A stretch of 64,000 bases of DNA, taken from the NCBI GenBank assembly GCA_965248435.1, contig OZ252100.1:320001-384000 (forward strand), in the 5' to 3' direction. The notes beneath the pieces were generated by a model. That model made no database searches. It saw only the letters and a list, made by a program, of their open reading frames with translations, and was not told the origin of the DNA. Positions 18,501-25,734 of the stretch are shown here, in pieces. How positions within the stretch are numbered: position 1 is the stretch's first letter; each line of letters opens with the position of its first letter. Both the position numbers and the translations under genes were made by a program. The DNA comes from Candidatus Latescibacterota bacterium (lineage in GTDB: Bacteria > Latescibacterota > UBA2968 > GCA-2709665).

Positions 18501-21274
18501 GCCTTCACCCTGGCGATCTCCTCGGGCGTCCCCGAAGCCACAACCTCACCGCCCTCCTCACCCCCTTCGGGGCCCAGGTCGATGATCCAGTCCGCCGTCT
18601 TGAGCACGTCCATGTTGTGTTCGATGACGATGACGCTGCTCCCACGATCGACCAGGTTCTGGAGCACGTTCAACAGGTTCTTTATGTCCTCGAAATGGAG
18701 CCCGGTAGTCGGCTCATCAAGAATATAAAGAGTTCGCTCTGTATTCCTGCGGCAGAGTTCTTTAGCCAGCTTTACCCTCTGGGCCTCGCCCCCGGACAGG
18801 GTCGGCGCGGGCTGCCCGAGGTGCACGTATCCCATCCCCACCTGAACGAGCACATCCAGCACCCGATGGATCGCCGGGATGTGCCTGAAAAAGCTCGCAG
18901 CCTCCTCTACCTCCATCTCCAGCACATCGGTGATGGAGGCCCCCTTGAATTGCACATCCAGCGTCGCCCGGTTGAATCGCCTACCCTCGCAGACCGGGCA
19001 GGTGACCCAGACATCGGCCAGAAAATCCATCTCGATCAGGTTCGCCCCGTTTCCCTTGCAGGCTTCACATCTCCCCCCCTTCACGTTGAAACTGAAGCGC
19101 CCGGGACGGTAGCCGCGCGCCTGCGCTTCCGGAAGCTTCGTGAACAGATCCCGAATGGGCGTGAACGCACCGGTGTAAGTCGCCGGATTGCTCCGCGGGG
19201 TCCGGCCGATCGGCTGCTGATCGATTTCGATGACCTTGTCCAGCTGCTTCTTTCCATCGATACGCCGGTAAAGGCCAGGCTGGGTATGCGCGCCGTTCAG
19301 GTCCCTGGCGAGCGCCCGGTAAAGGATTTCATCGATCAGGGAGCTTTTGCCCGAGCCGGAGACCCCCGTGACACAGGTAAAGACACCGAGCGGAATCTTC
19401 ACGTCGATGTTCCTTAGATTGTTCTGCCGCGCGCCCCGGATCGTCAGCCAACTTCGGCCCGTCTTCCGCCGATCCGGGACAGAAATCGCGCGCCTTCCCG
19501 ACAAATAGGCCCCCGTGATCGATTTGCGCGCCTTCGCCACCCGGTCTACCGATCCGGAGACCACGACCTCTCCGCCCAGATGTCCGGGACCCGGTCCAAA
19601 ATCGACGATCCGGTCTGCGCGACGCATTGTTTCTTCGTCGTGCTCCACGACGATCACCGAGTTCCCGGCGTCCCTCAGTCGACAGAGGGCATCCAGGAGC
19701 CGCCCGTTGTCTCGATGGTGCAGCCCGATCGAGGGCTCGTCCAACACGTAGGTCACTCCGACCAGGCCGCTGCCGATCTGTCCCGCAAGGCGGATTCGCT
19801 GCGCCTCGCCACCGGCCAGCGAGGGCGCCGTCCGATCCAGGGTCAGATAATCCAGGCCAACGTCCAGGAGGAATTTCAGGCGAGCCCGGATCTCTTTGAG
19901 GGCCTCCTCGGCGATCCGTTTCTGAACCGGGTCAAGCGTCAAACCCTCGAAGAAGGCACAGGCCTCCTCGATCGTCATCCCGGTGACCTCTGGCAGCGAC
20001 TTTCCCTCGATCTTGACGGCCAGGGCCTCTTCACATAGCCGGGCCCCCTCGCAGGTCGGACACAAGCCCGAGCTCATGTAGGGCGCCAACTTTCGTCTCA
20101 TGATCGGATTGCCGCCCTCTGCATATTTCCGCTCCATCGACGTCAGGATCCCCTCAAAGCTGTCTCGATGTCGATAGATGGGTCCGGTTCGCCGCTTCCA
20201 TTCGTATTCGATCTTCCCTGGAAGGCCGTAGAGCAGCTCCTGTCGACCTTTTGCGGGAATCTTCTTCCACGCGGTCCTGACGGTGGCCCCGTGCCGTTTG
20301 AGCACTCCCGCGTAGTAGTGGCGCTTCCACCGATTCCGGGGTACACCCAGGGGCACAACCGCCCCTTCCATAAGAGACAGTCCCTCGTCCGGAACCGCCA
20401 GCGAAGGATCGATTACGGTCTGTCTTCCCAGCCCGCGGCAAGTAGGGCACATCCCCTGAGGGCTGTTGAACGAGAACAGCTGAGGTGTGGGTTCGGTCGC
20501 GCTGAGCCCACAGTGCGTGCAGGAGAAGTTGGAACTCAGGAGAAGGTCATCCTGCATTTCGGGGCAGATGATGAGGGTCCCCTTCCCCAGCCCCAGCGCA
20601 GCGTCCACCGCCTCCCCGATCCTGGCCCGGGTATCGGGCCGGGCTTCGAGCCGGTCTACCACCACCTCGATGTCGTGACGGACATATCGCTCCAGGCGGG
20701 GCATCTGAGTCAGTTCTACAATCTTTCCATCCACCCGGGCGCGGATGTATCCCTCTCGCTGCAGGTCCTCGAATAGATCCAGGTACTCCCCTTTTCGACC
20801 TTGCACTAAGGGGGCCAGCACCAGGATCCGCTTTCCGTCACCAAGCGCCAGGACCCGATCCACCATGCTATCTCGAGTCGAAGCCCCGATCGGCCGTCCA
20901 CAGGACCTGCAATGAGGGGCTCCCACCCGGGCGAACAGGACACGAAGGTAGTCGTAGATCTCGGTGACCGTGCCCACCGTGGATCGTGGATTCCGTCCCG
21001 CCGTCTTCTGTTCGATAGAGATCGTGGGTGAGAGACCGGTGATCAGGTCTACGTCCGGCTTCTCCATCTGTCCCAGAAACTGTCTGGCATAAGCGGAAAG
21101 GGACTCGACGTAGCGCCGCTGCCCTTCTGCATAGATGGTGTCGAAAGCCAGCGAGGACTTTCCCGACCCGGAAACCCCTGTCAGACAGACCAGCTCGTTT
21201 CTGGGGAGTTTCAGGTCCACGTCCTTCAGGTTATGGACCCTTGCTCCCCGTATGGTGAGATGCCGCGTCTCCAT
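15539..21274 (-). CDS. uvrA: Excinuclease ABC subunit A, double-length (two UvrA units fused, 1911 aa)
   Basis: Four Walker A GVSGSGK(S/T), two AEGQRRYVESLSAYARQFLGQ motifs, four L(S/A)GGEAQR signatures, repeated zinc fingers. Confidence 0.96.
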   Translation of the reverse strand: METRHLTIRGARVHNLKDVDLKLPRNELVCLTGVSGSGKSSLAFDTIYAEGQRRYVESLSAYARQFLGQMEKPDVDLITGLSPTISIEQKTAGRNPRSTVGTVTEIYDYLRVLFARVGAPHCRSCGRPIGASTRDSMVDRVLALGDGKRILVLAPLVQGRKGEYLDLFEDLQREGYIRARVDGKIVELTQMPRLERYVRHDIEVVVDRLEARPDTRARIGEAVDAALGLGKGTLIICPEMQDDLLLSSNFSCTHCGLSATEPTPQLFSFNSPQGMCPTCRGLGRQTVIDPSLAVPDEGLSLMEGAVVPLGVPRNRWKRHYYAGVLKRHGATVRTAWKKIPAKGRQELLYGLPGKIEYEWKRRTGPIYRHRDSFEGILTSMERKYAEGGNPIMRRKLAPYMSSGLCPTCEGARLCEEALAVKIEGKSLPEVTGMTIEEACAFFEGLTLDPVQKRIAEEALKEIRARLKFLLDVGLDYLTLDRTAPSLAGGEAQRIRLAGQIGSGLVGVTYVLDEPSIGLHHRDNGRLLDALCRLRDAGNSVIVVEHDEETMRRADRIVDFGPGPGHLGGEVVVSGSVDRVAKARKSITGAYLSGRRAISVPDRRKTGRSWLTIRGARQNNLRNIDVKIPLGVFTCVTGVSGSGKSSLIDEILYRALARDLNGAHTQPGLYRRIDGKKQLDKVIEIDQQPIGRTPRSNPATYTGAFTPIRDLFTKLPEAQARGYRPGRFSFNVKGGRCEACKGNGANLIEMDFLADVWVTCPVCEGRRFNRATLDVQFKGASITDVLEMEVEEAASFFRHIPAIHRVLDVLVQVGMGYVHLGQPAPTLSGGEAQRVKLAKELCRRNTERTLYILDEPTTGLHFEDIKNLLNVLQNLVDRGSSVIVIEHNMDVLKTADWIIDLGPEGGEEGGEVVASGTPEEIARVKASHTGQALCPVLNGRAIGNGRARGNGAADSRKKTRRLDERIREIEVLGAREHNLKNVDVKIPREKMTVVSGVSGSGKTSLALDTVFAEGQRRYVESLSAYARQFLGQAQKPRVDRVVGLSPAISIEQKAASKNPRSTVGTITEVYDYLRALFGMLGAVVCPECDVEAGAQSAQEIVDRILEIPEGRRLYLLAPRTPGRGEDYPTLIERARRKGFVRGRLDGVVFDLEDPIEIDHRLTHRFEVLVDRIKTGEQDRKRIADSTEMALDLSGGIVVVASPDDEAESRFSQHLSCPSCGGSFEELTPQRLSFNSPDGWCPACEGLGTQRGMGRNTLIPNSRLSVNEGAVLPWGRPSGQLLDLLKAVSREAGFGLDSPISDLPGQALEALLYGLGDRWLEVPGGLKLQYKGLFPTVEGLVRLSTGFRREMGELVQDVACPACRGSRLHPESAAVRFRGRTLPETTDLPIEETRSWFHAMALSARDQQAAGEVIQEIQTRLTFLNEVGLGYLSLSRRAPTLSGGEAQRIRLASQIGSGLTGVLYVLDEPTIGLHQRDNRRLLAALKRLRDLGNTLLVVEHDRETLEAADHILDFGPGAGSQGGTMVAEGRPKRLGLRGGSLTARYLKGRLGIDVPESRRPADQETLVVKGARQNNLKDLTVAFPLSTFTCVTGVSGSGKSSLVNDVLFGALATKVNRAHQAWGEHDEVTGLEQVDKVIDIDQAPIGFTPRSNPATYVKAFDAIRQLYSQLPDAKVKGYQAGQFSFNSRKGRCEACEGLGSRCIEMHFLPDVWVTCEVCDGKRYNRDVLDVLYKGRSIADVLDMTLSEALAIFGNVPRVQRPLKTLDDVGLGYLKLGQASTTLSGGEAQRVKLAKELSRPNTGRTVYLLDEPTTGLHVADIQRLLDVLNWLVDAGNTVIVIEHNLDVIKTADWVIDLGPEGGEEGGFIVASGTPEEVAESPESHTGRFLKELLPPRPAVRRRSRNKRQAELVLP

Positions 21275-21540
21275 ATCGCCCTGAGCTGCCTGAGATCAAC
21301 TGTATGGGAGGTGTTTGCTGACACCTGGAGGAATGAAGCTGGAGGAGGAGAGACAAAAACAAATATAGTATTCAAATGTTCAGATATCAAGGGCAAACAG
21401 GTGCGCGGCCGCGTGCTGTTCGCTCGAGTTATTTCTTGAAAGAACTTGTCTCCAGGGCCTCCTGCCCCTATATTATTTTTGCATTCATCGTGAGTGTTTC
21501 GTTTGCCTTCTTTTCGTATCTATCAACATCTACGGAAGTT

Positions 21541-22638
21541 ATGTCTGCTACAGCCGCTTCCAAAAAGGTCCTGATCGTCGATGATGAAGAGCCCGTCGTC
21601 GAATTGATCAGCGATATCTTAAGGAAATACAACTACGAGCCGATTCCGGCCACCCGGTGGACGGACGCGATAGACGTCATCGGCAACCAGCAGCCCGACC
21701 TGATCCTGCTGGACTTGAAGATGCCGACAATAGACGGCCCATCCATGCTCGAATTCATCAGAGGACAAGGATGTTCACTCCCGGTGATCATCGTTTCCGG
21801 CTACATCAATGACCAGGTGGCAAAGGATCTTTCAAAATTCCAGGTGAGCGGATTTATCCGTAAACCGTTCCAGGTCGCAAAACTAAAAGAGGAAATCGAT
21901 CGCGTGCTTGGCGTCGAACCGGAGTTGCTCAGGGATACCGCGTCGTCTGACGGCACTGATGCGGTCGCGGGGCCGGCTGAACTACAGGGCAAGTCCTCCG
22001 TCGACCTCCTCTATTCCAGTCCGCCCTCTCGCGCACCCGAGCCGGAATCCGCGCCGACCGCAGGATCGAGTGACGACGAAGTCCTCAAGGCCCTTCAGAG
22101 TCATACCTCCGGTTCAGGCAGCGCAAAGCCCCCTCCTCAGACGCCTGCGCCGGCCGGGCCGGCCGAAAAGGATGATGCGAACATCTTGAAGGCCCTGCAG
22201 AAGTCTACAGCTCCAACGACTCACCCACCGCAGAAGGAGGCTCCTGCCCCCCTATCACAAGCCCCAAAAGCTCAGGAAACTCGGGAGCCGGTCAGCCAGG
22301 TGAGTCCCACGCTTCCCCCGACGGATTCGCGGCCGCCTGTCCAGGATGGTGTGGTCGGTCAACCGCCGCCCCTGGAACACGCGCGAATCCAACAAGGGCA
22401 TGGACATCATCAAGGGCACCGCACCCGACGAAAGGTTCGCTCGAAAGGAGCCATGCGCCGCAACCTCATCTACATGGGGATTATCACCCTGCTCTGCGTT
22501 GGCGTGGCCGGTTTCCTCGCCCTGATGCAGCATTACGCTTCTCAGGTCGATTTCGAGGAGATCAAGACGAATGCGGAGAAGTCGATGAGCAAGCAGGTCA
22601 AGGAACAGCTTATGGAGGAGTTCAGAAAAGGGAAGTAG
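21541..22638 (+). CDS. Response regulator receiver + Pro/Ala-rich linker + C-terminal TM helix
   Basis: VLIVDDE, LILLDLKMP, IIVSG and IRKPF motifs; low-complexity linker; LIYMGIITLLCVGVAGFLALM TM segment. Confidence 0.85.
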   Translation: MSATAASKKVLIVDDEEPVVELISDILRKYNYEPIPATRWTDAIDVIGNQQPDLILLDLKMPTIDGPSMLEFIRGQGCSLPVIIVSGYINDQVAKDLSKFQVSGFIRKPFQVAKLKEEIDRVLGVEPELLRDTASSDGTDAVAGPAELQGKSSVDLLYSSPPSRAPEPESAPTAGSSDDEVLKALQSHTSGSGSAKPPPQTPAPAGPAEKDDANILKALQKSTAPTTHPPQKEAPAPLSQAPKAQETREPVSQVSPTLPPTDSRPPVQDGVVGQPPPLEHARIQQGHGHHQGHRTRRKVRSKGAMRRNLIYMGIITLLCVGVAGFLALMQHYASQVDFEEIKTNAEKSMSKQVKEQLMEEFRKGK

Positions 22639-22715
22639 GCCTCTAACTCATTAGCTGGTCGAATCGAGCGCCGCCGACAGTTCACGTTGGGGGCGCTTTA
22701 CTCTGAGAGGATCCT

Positions 22716-23771
22716 TTGTCCAGATTCAAGGTCGGGATTATCGGCTGCGGCAGGCCGCATCGAGACGAAGCTGCCACGGGATCCGGGATGGCCCACCTGC
22801 ACGCTGCGGGCTATGAAGCCTGCCCCGATACGGAGATCGTGGCCGTCGCGGACATCAAGCGGGAAAATGGTGACGCCTTCGCCGAGGAGCATCAGGTCCC
22901 TCGCGTCTATGAAGACTATAACGACATGCTTAAACGCGAGGATCTGGACATCGTCAGCGTCTGTCTCTGGATAGCCCTTCACGCGCCCGCCGTGAACGAC
23001 ATCGCCGGTTCCGGAGTCAGGGCGATCCACTGCGAGAAACCCATGGCCCCCACCTTCGGAGAGGCCCGTTCCATGGTCGAAGTGTGCAGCACCCGTGGTG
23101 TTCAGCTCACGTTCAACCATCAGAGACGATTCGGGGGCACCTACCGAGAGGCAAGAACCCTTGCACAGAGCGGCGCCATCGGAGATATGATCAGGTTGGA
23201 AGGCTACTGCCCAGACATCATCGATTGGGGCACGCACTGGGTCGACATGATGTTCTTCTACAATGATGAGGCGCCCGCTGACTGGGTCATGGGCCAGATC
23301 GATGCTCGAGAGGAAAAGAGCATCTTCGGTCTGCCGCTCGAGCGTCAGGCCATCGGTTCCATTCGATGGAAGAATGGCGTGCAGGGTCTGCTTGAAACGG
23401 GCACATCAGGTAGGCGCTGCTTGAACAGAATCCTGGGGTCGGAGGGCGTGATCGAGATCGGCGTCACAGACGGTCCAGCCTTGCGCTACCTCGGACCTGG
23501 CACGAACGGATGGATCATCCCCGAAATCGATTCGGGTCTGCACGGAAGCGAACTGGTCACGGACGGTATTCTCGACCTGGTAGATGCACTTGGTGCTGGC
23601 CGAGAACCCGAGCTTGACGCGAAGAAGGCGCTTCAAGCCACCGAGGTCATCTTCGCCATCTACGAATCCAGTCGCAGACGGGCGCGCATCGACCTGCCCC
23701 TGACTATTGACGACTCCCCATTTCTGGATATGCTGGAAAGAGGAGAGATCGGTCCAGGCCGAACGGATTGA
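22716..23771 (+). CDS. Gfo/Idh/MocA family oxidoreductase
   Basis: KVGIIGCG, HCEKPMA, NHQRRF and DWGTH motifs. Confidence 0.92.
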   Translation: MSRFKVGIIGCGRPHRDEAATGSGMAHLHAAGYEACPDTEIVAVADIKRENGDAFAEEHQVPRVYEDYNDMLKREDLDIVSVCLWIALHAPAVNDIAGSGVRAIHCEKPMAPTFGEARSMVEVCSTRGVQLTFNHQRRFGGTYREARTLAQSGAIGDMIRLEGYCPDIIDWGTHWVDMMFFYNDEAPADWVMGQIDAREEKSIFGLPLERQAIGSIRWKNGVQGLLETGTSGRRCLNRILGSEGVIEIGVTDGPALRYLGPGTNGWIIPEIDSGLHGSELVTDGILDLVDALGAGREPELDAKKALQATEVIFAIYESSRRRARIDLPLTIDDSPFLDMLERGEIGPGRTD

Positions 23772-23795
23772 TGCGTCGCGCTTTCGGAAACCAAA

Positions 23796-23923
23796 TTTGT
23801 CATTCCGAGGAGCCCTCGGGCGACGAGGAATCTCAACACTGTTGTACTCACTGGATACTTGCATTGACCTAGCGACTGCTAAGTTGCCCGTTGAGATTCC
23901 TCGCTGACGCTCGGAATGACAAA
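23796..23923. repeat. Nested inverted repeat (REP-like doublet) upstream of a GIY-YIG gene
   Basis: TTTGTCATTCCGAG (23796-23809) pairs with CTCGGAATGACAAA (23910-23923); CGAGGAATCTCAAC (23824-23837) pairs with GTTGAGATTCCTCG (23890-23903). Degenerate copy GGAGCCCCCGGCGACGAGGAAT at about 24403-24424. Confidence 0.85.
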
Positions 23924-24033
23924 CGGGCTGAGGGATTTAGTGATGCATCAAGCCTCAGGGTGAAACTCTTCACCTCAGAAGAGCTTTGCTGGGTAACCAG
24001 GAATCCCAAGACAATTACTCACCGAATCCCTCG

Positions 24034-24336
24034 ATGAAAGAACATCAGTATTACGTTTACATCCTTACCAATAAATCGCGAACACTTTACACGGGTGTGA
24101 CGGGTGATCTCAGAAGACGCATTCACGAGCATAGAAACCACTCACGCCCTGGTTTTACCGCTAGGTACAACGTAACCCAGCTCGTCTACTTTGAGTCGAC
24201 CCAGGACGTTATGGCAGCGCTTGCTCGCGAAAAGCAGATCAAGAGCTGGAGGCGCTCGAAGAAGGTTTGTTTGATCGAGTCGACGAATCCGCAATGGAAA
24301 GACCTGAGCGCCGAGTGGTCTGATGATTTCTTATAG
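24034..24336 (+). CDS. Small GIY-YIG nuclease family protein
   Basis: YYVYILTN..LYTGVT.DL.RRI.EH, REKQIKSW.R.KK and NPQWKDL motifs. Confidence 0.92.
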   Translation: MKEHQYYVYILTNKSRTLYTGVTGDLRRRIHEHRNHSRPGFTARYNVTQLVYFESTQDVMAALAREKQIKSWRRSKKVCLIESTNPQWKDLSAEWSDDFL

Positions 24337-24434
24337 TAGCCGTTTTGTAAGGACCGTTTTCGCCGTGCATCATCCTCAAGACAGCCCAATTTGGCCTTCC
24401 AAGGAGCCCCCGGCGACGAGGAATGAAAGGTAGA

Positions 24435-25265
24435 CTACTGCTTCACGAAGGTGAACGTCCCAAGGCGGGGTGTACCCGAGCCGAACGGGCTCGACTGGAT
24501 CCTTGAAATGCCTTGAGGAGGGTCGGTCACGGAATCCTCTGAGGTATAGGTGACGCCGCTGTCGGTGCCGGCATCATAGGCGTGGAGATCCACGGCCAGG
24601 AAATCCAGGAAGGCTCCTGCCGCGAACAGGTTGATCCCCGACACACCGACGAACCAGTCGGGGCTGGGCGCAATCATGCTAACGAGAGTCACCCGGGGAT
24701 GCGACTCGCTGATCTCAAACGTCAAACTCACTGACCCGGGCGATTCACCCAATCCAGACCCGGAGAGTCGGAGCTCAGCTGTCCCCGCGTCGATGGCCGT
24801 GTTTACTTCCGTCGTCAGCAGTCCGGTTGCACCGAACTCGGCCATATCCTTGATGCCGGCCGTGGCGAGCCCACCTGCCTGCCAGAAGATGACCTCCGAA
24901 TTATGCGTGGACCCGATCAGGGCGGAGAAGTGGGCGCTGGAACTCGGAAAGTTATCGGGATGCGTCTCCGCGCTCCACGCGCTTTCGAATGTGACCTCAA
25001 ACGTAGCTGTTTCCTTGGGAGGTTCGGTGTTCCCGCCGAACTCGATCGCAAACAGGACAAAGTCCAGAAAGTTTACATCTCCGTTTCCATCCAGGTCGAC
25101 TGTGAGATCTGAATTCCCGAACCCGACCGCAAATTCCACAAAATCGAAGAAATTGATGACGCCATCCCCGGTAAAATCGATATCCACCGTCGATTGGGCA
25201 CGCATCAAAGTCGGAATCATCGTTAGTTGCAGCGCAAGGCCAAATGCGATGAAATGCTTCGCCAT
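24435..25265 (-). CDS. Secreted Spondin_N-domain protein with EF-hand/dockerin-like tag
   Basis: HFSALIGSTH, SMIAPSPDWFVG and YDAGTDSG (spondin); DFTGDGVINFFDFVEFA tag; AAAGGAGG SD. Confidence 0.88.
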   Translation of the reverse strand: MAKHFIAFGLALQLTMIPTLMRAQSTVDIDFTGDGVINFFDFVEFAVGFGNSDLTVDLDGNGDVNFLDFVLFAIEFGGNTEPPKETATFEVTFESAWSAETHPDNFPSSSAHFSALIGSTHNSEVIFWQAGGLATAGIKDMAEFGATGLLTTEVNTAIDAGTAELRLSGSGLGESPGSVSLTFEISESHPRVTLVSMIAPSPDWFVGVSGINLFAAGAFLDFLAVDLHAYDAGTDSGVTYTSEDSVTDPPQGISRIQSSPFGSGTPRLGTFTFVKQ

Positions 25266-25356
25266 CGATTTCCTCCTTTTCTCTTCCCCGGCCTTCGTAA
25301 CTAAGTCAAATCTATTTGAATAGATTGACAAAGGCAATCAGGAAACGTGCCGACTT

Positions 25357-25734
25357 ATGGCCGAGGACTATCTCTTCATTTACGGCACGCTTCGCAAGAA
25401 AGCGGGCCACCCGATCCATCGCACGCTGGAGGAAGGCGGCAGATTCGTGGGCGAGGCCACCTTCCAGGGAAGACTGTATGACTTAGGTTCGTACCCCGGC
25501 GTGGTGCCTTCCGAGAACAGTGGAGAAATTGTCACAGGCGAGCTCTACGCGGTGATGCGTCCCGACATCCTCAGACAACTGGACGGCTATGAAGGCGGTG
25601 AATACAGGAGGGAGCGGCACAGGATCGGACTCGCGGGTGCCAATTCGATCGAGGCGTGGATCTACATCTTTGTCGCGTCTACCGACGGAGCGAGGCTCGT
25701 TCCTTCAGGCGACTATCTGAGCTCAAATGAATAG
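25357..25734 (+). CDS. Gamma-glutamylcyclotransferase (AIG2/YtfP-like)
   Basis: FIYGTL, LYDLGSYPG, LDGYEG, Y.RE and AWIY motifs. Confidence 0.88.
   Translation: MAEDYLFIYGTLRKKAGHPIHRTLEEGGRFVGEATFQGRLYDLGSYPGVVPSENSGEIVTGELYAVMRPDILRQLDGYEGGEYRRERHRIGLAGANSIEAWIYIFVASTDGARLVPSGDYLSSNE

Noticed and set aside
21275-21540. LexA/SOS box upstream of uvrA
   Set aside because: No match to CTGT-N8-ACAG or GAAC-N4-GTTC; a lineage-specific box cannot be excluded.
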